A stretch of DNA of 12,671 bases from Promethearchaeota archaeon. Its GTDB lineage: Archaea > Asgardarchaeota > Lokiarchaeia > Sigyniarchaeales > SOKP01. The notes under the pieces are model-generated. The model was not told the origin of the DNA, made no database searches, and saw nothing but the letters and a program-made list of their open reading frames with translations. The position numbers were made by a program, and so were the translations under genes. Shown here piece after piece: positions 1 through 8,248 of the stretch (position 1 is the first letter of the stretch; each line of letters begins with the position of its first letter). The stretch covers positions 1-12,671 of the forward strand of contig JAHLWH010000043.1 of assembly GCA_019058015.1 (NCBI GenBank), given 5' to 3'.

Positions 1-208
1 CATAAATACTGCATAATTTGGTTTTTTCATCAAAAAAGTAGCAATGTTTATTCACATTTTTTAATTGCCAGTACCCATCTTCATTTTTAAACGTAAAATC
101 ATCGACTTTTAAAGGTGCATCATAATTATTAAGAATTATTTTAATATCATCATCGGTTATTAACATTTCAGTTTTAAAGCAGCAAATTCCACAATCTTTA
201 CAGAGCAT
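1..208 (-). CDS. YkgJ-family / CxxCxxCC cysteine-cluster (putative Zn/Fe-chelating) protein, 3' end truncated by window edge
   Basis: Manual translation from ATG at 208-206: MLCKDCGICCFKTEMLITDDDIKIILNNYDAPLKVDDFTFKNEDGYWQLKNVNKHCYFFDEKTKLCSIY... It has N-terminal CxxCxxCC plus CxFF and CSIY motifs and stays open to position 1. Not in the ORF track. Confidence 0.88.
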   Translation of the reverse strand, partial: MLCKDCGICCFKTEMLITDDDIKIILNNYDAPLKVDDFTFKNEDGYWQLKNVNKHCYFFDEKTKLCSIY

Positions 209-298
209 TTTTACTTAATAAAATATAATCTAAAAATCATTAAATTCTTTTTTAGCTAGGTTCTTCTTTGATTCTAATTTTTTTGTTAAAAATAAACT

Positions 299-306
299 TT
301 TAAATA
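299..306 (+). promoter_or_regulatory. Putative archaeal TATA box (TTTAAATA) for MFS gene, probably leaderless or short leader
   Basis: Lies 29-22 nt upstream of ATG 328 with an A-rich upstream flank and no SD motif. The AT-rich background limits certainty. Confidence 0.45.
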
Positions 307-327
307 AGAGTTAGACAAAATAATTTT

Positions 328-1635
328 ATGGAAAAAAATGAAAAAATTAAAGAGTCAGAATTAAAGAGTAAATCACCTACTTTTCAAATCGTAATAATTG
401 GTATAATAACTGCGGGCTCCTCTATCTTTGGATTTTACGAATTTTCTCTTTTTAATACTTATATTGAACATATTCTTAATTTAGAATATATCTATATTTC
501 GATAATGGTGGTCGTAAGCGCTATAATGGGACTTATATTTAATATAGTATTTGGAATTTTGAGCGATAATACTCGTACAAAATACGGTCGGAGAAGGCCT
601 TATTTACTATTTGGAATTCTTGCTGGAATTGCCATGTACCTTTACGCGTTTTCGCCCAATTTTTTGTGGTGCTTTATCTTAGACGCAATCATAATAGGAG
701 TTGTTTCAAATGCTTTTTATGCGGGTAGTTATGTATTAATTCCTGATTTAGTTGGTATGGAGCGCAGAGGTAGGGCAAATGGAATAGTTCAAATTTTTTC
801 TTTGGTTGGTTCAATGCTACCTACTGCATTAGTTTTATACGTGAATGAATTTTATTCAACGCAAAGTGTTGAAGGCACGATCATAACCCGAGAAGGATAT
901 ATTCTTTCGTTAGCATTTGGAGCATTAGCAATAATTATTGTAGCCATTTTAGGTTTTTTATTAATAAGAGAGAAACCCGTTTCAGAATTGCCCCCTAGAA
1001 AGAAATTTTTGGTTGATTTAAAAGATACTTTTCAATATAAAGAATTAAAAAAACATAAACATTTCTTTAGAATTATTGTTGCCCTCACTGTCTTCAATAT
1101 TGGGACAAGAATTATTTTACCTTTTATATGGAATTACTTCTTTAGTCTATCACTCACTACATTAGGTCTCATTTTACTATTTGGAATTTCCCTCCCAGTA
1201 TCTATCATAATAATGTATGTTCTTGGAAAAATCGTAGATAAGTATGGCAGGAAAAAGTTTTTAGCCCCCCTCATTTTGATATCTTCAATCGGGTTTTTTA
1301 TAATTCCTTTTTTCTCGCCAGATACTATTATTACTTTTATTATTTATGTAATTGCATTCACTTTAATATTAATTGCATTAATGGGGCTTGCTGTTCCACT
1401 TAATACATGGCGGCATGATCTCCTTCCTGAACATGAAAGAGGAAAGTATACTGGGATTCAGAATATAATGGACACGATTTCTCAAATTCCCGGGGCTATA
1501 ATTGGAGGGTTGATTGCTGATGCTTTTGGAATTCAATGGATTTTTATTGTTGTTCCTATTTTTTTGATAGGTTCCATCCCATTTTTCATGACCGTGAGAG
1601 AAACTCTATCAAAAAATGTAATAGAAGAAAAATGA
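328..1635 (+). CDS. MFS transporter, glycoside/sugar symporter-like (GPH/SUC-type)
   Basis: 435 aa with about 12 hydrophobic segments. Motif A-like GILSDNTRTKYGRRRPY and second-half GKIVDKYGRKK; PD(x5)RG repeated as DLLPEHERG. Confidence 0.93.
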   Translation: MEKNEKIKESELKSKSPTFQIVIIGIITAGSSIFGFYEFSLFNTYIEHILNLEYIYISIMVVVSAIMGLIFNIVFGILSDNTRTKYGRRRPYLLFGILAGIAMYLYAFSPNFLWCFILDAIIIGVVSNAFYAGSYVLIPDLVGMERRGRANGIVQIFSLVGSMLPTALVLYVNEFYSTQSVEGTIITREGYILSLAFGALAIIIVAILGFLLIREKPVSELPPRKKFLVDLKDTFQYKELKKHKHFFRIIVALTVFNIGTRIILPFIWNYFFSLSLTTLGLILLFGISLPVSIIIMYVLGKIVDKYGRKKFLAPLILISSIGFFIIPFFSPDTIITFIIYVIAFTLILIALMGLAVPLNTWRHDLLPEHERGKYTGIQNIMDTISQIPGAIIGGLIADAFGIQWIFIVVPIFLIGSIPFFMTVRETLSKNVIEEK

Positions 1636-1642
1636 TTGAGCT

Positions 1643-1660
1643 TAAAAAAATATTTTTTTA
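1643..1660. terminator. Bidirectional oligo-T terminator between convergent genes
   Basis: Perfect 18-bp palindrome TAAAAAAATATTTTTTTA giving a T7 tract on each strand just after both stop codons (1635 on +, 1658 on -). Confidence 0.6.
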
Positions 1661-2407
1661 TAAAAGCGATGCAGAATCCTTATCTAAATAACAATATACA
1701 TTATTATGTACCTTTAAAATTGAAGCTGGATGGATTGGAGTTATGGGTGAATTCTCTAATAAGCATTCACGAACTGCCTTAGCCTTTCTCTTTTCTGGGC
1801 AAGTACAAATTATATTTTTCGCTTTTAAAATCTGATTTATAGACATAGAAATTGCTTTTTCTGGAACTTCTTCAATTGAATTGAACCATCCTTCACCTAC
1901 TTGTTGTTTTCGACATTTTTCGTCTAACTCTACTATTATGTAAGGAGCTTTGGTTTCAAAATCCGCAGGAGGATCGTTAAAAGCTAGGTGCCCATTTTCT
2001 CCAATACCGATGAACGCTATATCAATTATCTTTTTTGAAATGATTTCGCTTATTCTTTTACATTCTAAAGCGGTATTAATCGCATCTCCTTTAATAAAAT
2101 TAATTTTACCAGGATGAATTTTTTCAATAAGACGCTTATTTAAATAGTAGCGAAAACTGGCTGGATGTGTAGCTGAAAGTCCTATGTATTCGTCTAAATG
2201 AAACATTTCCGTTCTTTTCCAATCTATTTCGTCGTGTTTACAAAGTGATTCAAGAAAGTTAAATTGAGATGCTCCCGTTGCTGCAACAAAACATACGGTC
2301 GATTTAATATCGAGGGCTGATTGAAGAATTTTTGCTGCTCTGTCTGCTGCCGCATTACTCGCTTCAAGTTTTGTAGGAAAAACATTAACATTTACCAAAT
2401 CAATCAC
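1658..2407 (-). CDS. nagB: Glucosamine-6-phosphate deaminase-like (NagB/sugar-phosphate isomerase family) protein
   Basis: 249 aa, GTG start. Motifs ATGASQ, FHLDEYIGL, HPASF, GIGENGHLAFNDPP, AISM and PASIL. Family is secure; exact substrate is less so. Confidence 0.8.
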   Translation of the reverse strand: MIDLVNVNVFPTKLEASNAAADRAAKILQSALDIKSTVCFVAATGASQFNFLESLCKHDEIDWKRTEMFHLDEYIGLSATHPASFRYYLNKRLIEKIHPGKINFIKGDAINTALECKRISEIISKKIIDIAFIGIGENGHLAFNDPPADFETKAPYIIVELDEKCRKQQVGEGWFNSIEEVPEKAISMSINQILKAKNIICTCPEKRKAKAVRECLLENSPITPIHPASILKVHNNVYCYLDKDSASLL

Positions 2408-2432
2408 CCAAATTATTTAAGAAGACCTACTC

Positions 2433-2438
2433 TTTAAA
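2433..2438 (-). promoter_or_regulatory. Putative TATA box (TTTAAA) for nagB-like gene
   Basis: 26-31 nt upstream of GTG at 2407, with no SD motif. Confidence 0.35.
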
Positions 2439-2593
2439 TTAATGTTTAATTTTAGATTTAAATTTAAGGAATCCTTTGTATGATAAATTTATTACCAGAA
2501 GAGAGGTTTTGTATTAACCCAATTACAAGATTATATTTAGAACGGCTGAATGGAAAATCCATGAAATCTGTGTTTTCTAACTCTATCATAAAA

Positions 2594-3916
2594 TTATTTG
2601 AAATTAGGCAAATATTTTTTCTGGAGCTCGGTCATTTCGTTATATATTGCTTCAGCCATTTCAAAACTACCACAGTTTACATCCATTGCCAAGCAAGCAA
2701 TTGCTAAATCCTTAGATTCTTTTAAAATTGCTTCAACGCAAACATCTTGAATTGAAGCTTCAATGCGGAGTATGGAAGCAATATTTTTTGGAATATTACC
2801 TAATTTTATACCATGCACACCGTCTTTATTTACAATAGCAGAACATTCTATTACTAAATCCTGAGGTAGATTGTTAATAATTCCATTATTTGGAATATTA
2901 ACTGCAACTTCATGAGAATTTTTATCTTCTATTATTGCTTCAATAATTGGTATTCCCCGCTCTCCAGACCCACCTCTGCTAAACATGCCTCTTTTAGGAT
3001 ATCTCCCTTTTTTAAGTCTATTGTAATATCTAATAAGCTTATCGTTTCCTCCCTTATTTCCCTGCTCCATTCTTGTAATCCAGTCTATTAAATCCTGAAC
3101 CTTTGTGTATTTAGAACCAATCTGTAAATATTCGCAAAGATGGTTGTCACCAACATAAGGAAAGTATCCAAACCTTTTATACACCTCGAATGTTAGATCT
3201 GCGAAACTAAACCTGTCCCACTTGTTCTTGAAGTATTTCATGCATTTTGAATTAAATTCCTGCATTAGATCTTCACCGTTAGTTAAATCCTTTAGTCCAA
3301 GTAGGAAGGCAAAATGGTTTAATCCTCCAGTAGTTAATTGTAAATCTTTATATTTTCGATTTAACATTATTGGTAAATGAAATAATAAAAACTGTATTTG
3401 ATGACAGAGACCGACGAATTTCAGGTCAGGAGTTGCTCTTTTAAGCGCTAAACATATGCGAGACATAGGATTAGAGTAATTTATAAAAAAAGCTTCAGGA
3501 CAAGTTTTTTTAATGTCCTTAGCAATTCTAACTATCTCTGGAATTTGGCGTGCTGAGTGAAAGAAACCTCCAGGCCCACCATTTTCGGCCATCATTTCCG
3601 TTGAACCGTGTTTTCTGGGGATTGTGTTATCTTGCCATCTCAACTCGAACCTGTCTCCCTTTTCAATCGAGCAAATTATAAAGTCCGCATCTTTAATTGC
3701 TGTTGCTCTATCAGTTGTTTGTTCTATATTGTACTTATTTCCAAGTGTCTTATTATCTTGAGTAACGACCTCATAAACCATTTCCAATTTATCTTTATTA
3801 ATATCGTGAAGTACTATTGTAGAACCGGTTAGAACCTTACTTGCATAAAGATCGATTAATGTTGCTGGTCCAAATGATGCACTTCCCGCTCCAATTAAAA
3901 CGATTTTCTCATCCAT
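2594..3916 (-). CDS. Glycoside hydrolase family 4 (NAD+/Mn2+-dependent), alpha-glucosidase/alpha-galactosidase-like
   Basis: 440 aa. Rossmann IGAGSASF, ENGGPGGFFHSAR, NYSNP, GLCHQI, GLNHF, DNHLCEY, VNIPNNG..NLP and C-terminal YLPNF. Confidence 0.93.
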   Translation of the reverse strand: MDEKIVLIGAGSASFGPATLIDLYASKVLTGSTIVLHDINKDKLEMVYEVVTQDNKTLGNKYNIEQTTDRATAIKDADFIICSIEKGDRFELRWQDNTIPRKHGSTEMMAENGGPGGFFHSARQIPEIVRIAKDIKKTCPEAFFINYSNPMSRICLALKRATPDLKFVGLCHQIQFLLFHLPIMLNRKYKDLQLTTGGLNHFAFLLGLKDLTNGEDLMQEFNSKCMKYFKNKWDRFSFADLTFEVYKRFGYFPYVGDNHLCEYLQIGSKYTKVQDLIDWITRMEQGNKGGNDKLIRYYNRLKKGRYPKRGMFSRGGSGERGIPIIEAIIEDKNSHEVAVNIPNNGIINNLPQDLVIECSAIVNKDGVHGIKLGNIPKNIASILRIEASIQDVCVEAILKESKDLAIACLAMDVNCGSFEMAEAIYNEMTELQKKYLPNFK

Positions 3917-3941
3917 TATTTTTAACCGATTAAATTTTAAC

Positions 3942-3948
3942 TATTTAA
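3942..3948 (-). promoter_or_regulatory. Putative TATA box (TTAAATA) of GH4 gene, inside a TTTAACT-N5-AGTTAAA inverted repeat
   Basis: 26-32 nt upstream of ATG at 3916; the inverted repeat spans 3936-3954. Confidence 0.4.
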
Positions 3949-4060
3949 GTTAAATTGTATTATGTAATGTCTAAAAGTTAATTATTACTATATATTCTTT
4001 CTTTTAACTTACGTTTTTATCCTCAGTTAGATATAAAAAATTTATTTATGATCATGAGTC

Positions 4061-4086
4061 ACTCTTTGAAGAATGTGTTAAAGAGT
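4061..4086. repeat. Imperfect inverted repeat ACTCTTTGA-N8-TTAAAGAGT in divergent intergenic region (candidate operator or hairpin)
   Basis: 8 of 9 arm positions are complementary, read directly at 4061-4069 and 4078-4086. Confidence 0.4.
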
Positions 4087-4361
4087 CCTATACAAGGCTT
4101 CAGATTCTTAAGGAGTTTCTGTTTGGATTTTTTCTTTAAATACGTGTGATTTTTTTTAATGAAAATAAGTATAAATAAAAAAATTAGTTATTAATTGTAA
4201 TTAGAATTATAAATTATTTTTATTTTTAACATTAAATATAAAAGTAATATAAATTACCTGAAATTATCCTTTTTTGAAAAAAATAGCGATTATAACATAA
4301 GTATTAATCTAAACTTGCAATAATTTGATTTAAAATTAATTCCAAAAAAAAGATCAAAAAA

Positions 4362-6830
4362 ATGAAATTTATTTTATCGTTAAATGGGAACTGGAAAATA
4401 AAAGCTGACCCTTATGATAAAGGAAAAAAATTAAATTTTTTCTCTCCTGAATTTGATAGTTCTTCTTGGCATGAAGTAAATATTCCATGTCATTGGGAAT
4501 TAGCAGTTCCACATTATTATAATGCAAATCCCGAAATTATATGGGCTCGTAAAGAATTTCTGTCGGAGGAGATAGGAGACCATACGAGATTAGAATCAAA
4601 ATTAATTTATCTTTACTTTAAAGGAGTTTTTTATTATGTGGATGTTTATCTTAATGGAAATCTTTTAGGAAGTCATGAGGGTTACTTCGAGCCCTTTAGC
4701 TTTTTAGTTAATTCCTATTTGAAATCTAAAAATATATTAATTTTAAGAGTAGTTTGTAGGAATGAAAAGGATTTAGGTAGTAAGAAACAGATTTTAGGAA
4801 CTTTTGGGCACTGGGATGCCTCAGATCCTAATTCTAATCCCGGAGGGATATGGAATGATATAATTATCGGAGAATCTAGCATAATTCATATTCATTCAGC
4901 AAGAAAAAAAACTCAACTAAAGTCAAACAATCTAGCATTCGAGTATGTTTATGTTTTGATTACAGCACTTAATGAAATCAAAACATTAATAAAAATCCAA
5001 TATATCCCAAAAAATTTTAAGGGGGAACTGATTTCAAAAGAATTTCCAGTACTTCTAAAACCTGGATTACATGAGTATTATTTTAACTTAGAGATAAATA
5101 ATCCTGTTTTATGGTGGACTCATGATTATGGACAACAGAATCTTTATGAATTAAAAATTCAATGTTATTCTAATGAAATTGAATTTAATAACGTTCTTTT
5201 AGATTCTTATAATTTAACTACCGGGATTAAAGAAATTCATATGGAGCGAAGTGGAAAATATGGAGGCAAATGGAAAATAACATTCAATAAACATAGTTTC
5301 TTCATGAAAGGCACAAACTATCCTCCTTGGCAAAGATTAGCCACAGCTACTAAAAATGATTTTTTAAAAGATTTAAAACTCTTTAAAAATGCAAATATGA
5401 ATTGTTTACGAGTTCATGCACATCTCTCTCGTCCAGAGTTTTATGAAGCATGCGATGAAGAAGGGCTTATTCTTTGGCAAGATTTGTGGTTACAATGGGT
5501 TTATAGTAAAAAAGTCTTTCTTGAAATTAAAAGACAAGCAGAAATTGCTATAAAAACACACCAATCACATCCATCTATTGCTATATGGTGCGCACATAAT
5601 GAACCATTTTACGCTCCTAATATGAAAATAGTAAAATATTCTTCGATTCTCTTTATTTTATCAATTATTTTTTCTTTTTGGTTAGGAATTTCATTTGTTA
5701 ATTTCTTAAACTCCACATTTTCTCTACCAATTTTCTCTGGATTAGTTAGTTTTATTCTTGGATTTAGCTTATTGATATTTATTTTATGGATAATGGGAAA
5801 ATATTTTGATCTCTATCCATTTGGATTATTTTTTAATTCTAATAGTGTAAAACTCGATCCGGAATTGTATCTAATAATAAAGGAAATTGAAAATGGGCAA
5901 AATATAGTCATACCGTACTCTGGTATTTGTGAATTACCATTTACAATTTTTCGCTCTCCTAAATTAAAGAAAAAAATATATGAATTTAAAAAATTTTATA
6001 CTGATTTTCATTATTATGCTGGTTGGTATAATGGTAATCATAAGAAAGATTATAGATATCATATTAAATGGTGGGGTCTTAATGGAAAATTAAGAGATAA
6101 AGCTCGTTTTGTAACAGAATATGGTGCACAAGCCTTCCCAATATTAGAGAATTTTAGAAAATTTTATCCTAATCCCGTATCATGGCCACCTCCTCAAGAT
6201 TGGTGGATTTTATTAGAGAAAAATCACTGTTTTCAACAAAAAGTCCAAAAAAAATGGATTAAAGCTGATCAATGTGAATCCTTAGAAGAATTTATTAGAA
6301 CAAGTCAAGAATGGCAAGCAGAATGTTTAAAAGCCACTACTGAAATGTTTCGTCAAATTAAATACAGACCCCTTGCAGGGCTTATAACATTTTTAGGTAT
6401 TGATTGTTTCCCTTCTATTACCTGGTCTATAATTGATTTTTATCGTACACCCAAAAAAGGGTATTATGTAATTAAGAATGCATTTGAATCGATTTATGCT
6501 ATGGTAGATTGGCCAAAAAAAGTATACAAACATGGTGAAATATTTCAATCTTCTATTTATGTATGCAATGATTATTGGGAGACAATAAATAATGTTAACC
6601 TTAAATGGAAATTATTGACACCAAAAAATACTGTAATCAAAGAAGGTAACCATTTATGTTCACTTGAACCTGATAGCGTTAAAGAAATTGCACAATTGAG
6701 CTTTAGAATTCCTAATGAAAAATTTATTATACTAAAATTGATTTGGAATGATCCGATTAAATCAAAAAATTTTCAAGAAAATTCATATCGATTTGATATC
6801 GGAATTTCTCGATGGGCAAAACATTTCTGA
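4362..6830 (+). CDS. Glycoside hydrolase family 2, beta-mannosidase-like, with internal predicted transmembrane hairpin
   Basis: 822 aa. SLNGNW start, FKGVFY..VYLNG..LGSHEGYF, GGIW, LWW..YG.QNLY, KGTNY, ANMNCLRVHAH, CDEEGLILWQD, acid/base motif HNEP (E414), nucleophile motif VTEYG (E586), WSIIDFYRTPK. Hydrophobic block at about residues 428-478. Confidence 0.9.
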   Translation: MKFILSLNGNWKIKADPYDKGKKLNFFSPEFDSSSWHEVNIPCHWELAVPHYYNANPEIIWARKEFLSEEIGDHTRLESKLIYLYFKGVFYYVDVYLNGNLLGSHEGYFEPFSFLVNSYLKSKNILILRVVCRNEKDLGSKKQILGTFGHWDASDPNSNPGGIWNDIIIGESSIIHIHSARKKTQLKSNNLAFEYVYVLITALNEIKTLIKIQYIPKNFKGELISKEFPVLLKPGLHEYYFNLEINNPVLWWTHDYGQQNLYELKIQCYSNEIEFNNVLLDSYNLTTGIKEIHMERSGKYGGKWKITFNKHSFFMKGTNYPPWQRLATATKNDFLKDLKLFKNANMNCLRVHAHLSRPEFYEACDEEGLILWQDLWLQWVYSKKVFLEIKRQAEIAIKTHQSHPSIAIWCAHNEPFYAPNMKIVKYSSILFILSIIFSFWLGISFVNFLNSTFSLPIFSGLVSFILGFSLLIFILWIMGKYFDLYPFGLFFNSNSVKLDPELYLIIKEIENGQNIVIPYSGICELPFTIFRSPKLKKKIYEFKKFYTDFHYYAGWYNGNHKKDYRYHIKWWGLNGKLRDKARFVTEYGAQAFPILENFRKFYPNPVSWPPPQDWWILLEKNHCFQQKVQKKWIKADQCESLEEFIRTSQEWQAECLKATTEMFRQIKYRPLAGLITFLGIDCFPSITWSIIDFYRTPKKGYYVIKNAFESIYAMVDWPKKVYKHGEIFQSSIYVCNDYWETINNVNLKWKLLTPKNTVIKEGNHLCSLEPDSVKEIAQLSFRIPNEKFIILKLIWNDPIKSKNFQENSYRFDIGISRWAKHF

Positions 6831-6925
6831 ATATTATCTTATTTTAAGCAAATAATCATCAAATTGAAACTAAATAATATTTTTACAAATACCAATCGAA
6901 TAAAATTAATCTCTATAAAGCAATC

Positions 6926-6932
6926 TTTATAA
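6926..6932 (+). promoter_or_regulatory. Putative TATA box (TTTATAA) for MFS-GH4-(oxidoreductase)-hydrolase unit
   Basis: 30-24 nt upstream of ATG 6956, with no SD motif. Confidence 0.45.
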
Positions 6933-6955
6933 CATTCAAAATTATAAATAAATTT

Positions 6956-8248
6956 ATGAAAAATAATTTAGAATTTGATTCTTTAGACAAAACTTCAAAA
7001 AAGAAGACCAAGTTAAAAATTCGTAAATCTTGGATTATTGCTTTATGTTTTTTGGCTTTCGGTACAACTCTTTATTCAGAAATCGAAGGACAATGGTTTT
7101 CTTCTTTTGGACGTGTAATTGCAAATATGAGTTATTTCGGTGTTTCTACTATGGTTGCATTAGCTGGAATATTTGGAACGATTTTTTATTTAGTATGGGG
7201 AGCAATTTCTGATAATTTACGCACAAATCTTGGACGGCGGATTCCTATAATCTTGATTGGTATGGCATCAACGGCAGGGCTAATGATATTCTATATTTCA
7301 ACAACCTATTTTTTATTATTATTAGTTATTGGAGGATTTTTTTTAGCAATTACTTCGAATATGTTCCATGTTACAAATAAATCTTTAATTGGGGATTTAA
7401 TTCCAAAAGAAAAAAGAGGTAGAATTAATTCTATCTTGTTCATAGCTACAAATATGGGTTCCATGACAGTTTGGATACCTGCAATAATTCTTTTACTTGA
7501 AGGGACGGAAACTTATTCTAAAGAAATCCATTCCGTCTTTATTGGAGGAGGGGCTTTATTATTGGTAATTGTAGGGATTCTTGTAACTCTATTAGTGAAA
7601 GAACCTAAGGTAAATACACCTCCAAGTAACTGGCTTCATGATCTTAGGAAATTACTAAATCGTAAAGAAATGATGCAACATAAGGATTTTTTACGCTTAT
7701 TTGTTGCAATGTTATTTCTAATAATGAGTCAAAATGCTTTTACTCCATTCTTATTGATATTACTCCAAGAAATTTCGCTAAGTCTTACAGAAATTTTAAT
7801 ATTTTTGCCAATTATTGGAACTGCTATAGGATTAGGGATATTTCTTTTAGGAAAATACGTTGATACAATAGGGAGAAAAAAAGTTGCCTTAATTAGTCTG
7901 ATAATTTCTCCAATTGGTTGTTTTATTATAACATTTTTGGGATCCAATTACCAATTATTATTATTAGGCTTTGGGATAATGATGCCTTTTAATATTGGAT
8001 TATGGTTAGCAACAGATGCATGGACATTAGATTTACTTCCTGAAGAATCACGAGGAAGATTTTTGGGAATAATAAACATAGGAAATGCGATTGCAAAAGC
8101 ACCAGGTGTCCTTATTGCGGGTTATTTAGCAGATACTTTTGGTATTTTATGGGTATTTTTTATAACGGGGGTTATTTTATGGATAGGTATTCCATTTTTC
8201 TTAAGGGTGCCAGAAACAATCAAATTAAAAAATGATAAAATTGAGTAA
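6956..8248 (+). CDS. MFS transporter, glycoside/sugar symporter-like; paralogue of 328..1635
   Basis: 430 aa with about 12 hydrophobic segments. GAISDNLRTNLGRRIP, GKYVDTIGRKK, DLLPEESRG and LADTFG all mirror the first MFS. Confidence 0.93.
   Translation: MKNNLEFDSLDKTSKKKTKLKIRKSWIIALCFLAFGTTLYSEIEGQWFSSFGRVIANMSYFGVSTMVALAGIFGTIFYLVWGAISDNLRTNLGRRIPIILIGMASTAGLMIFYISTTYFLLLLVIGGFFLAITSNMFHVTNKSLIGDLIPKEKRGRINSILFIATNMGSMTVWIPAIILLLEGTETYSKEIHSVFIGGGALLLVIVGILVTLLVKEPKVNTPPSNWLHDLRKLLNRKEMMQHKDFLRLFVAMLFLIMSQNAFTPFLLILLQEISLSLTEILIFLPIIGTAIGLGIFLLGKYVDTIGRKKVALISLIISPIGCFIITFLGSNYQLLLLGFGIMMPFNIGLWLATDAWTLDLLPEESRGRFLGIINIGNAIAKAPGVLIAGYLADTFGILWVFFITGVILWIGIPFFLRVPETIKLKNDKIE

Noticed and set aside
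2480-2707. 75-aa + strand ORF
   Set aside because: Overlaps the GH4 3' end on the opposite strand and has no recognisable motif.
3608-3832. 74-aa + strand ORF
   Set aside because: Antisense shadow wholly inside GH4.
345-5386. Dispersed TTAAAGAGT 9-mer (347, 361, 2429, 4078, 5378) as a regulon motif
   Set aside because: Chosen post hoc, AT-rich, and three of five copies are in coding sequence, one in mid-gene.
4362-6830. GH2 as CsxA-type exo-beta-glucosaminidase feeding NagB
   Set aside because: CsxA-type enzymes use an Asp acid/base, whereas this protein has the NE motif of mannosidase/galactosidase-type GH2. Not excluded, but unsupported.
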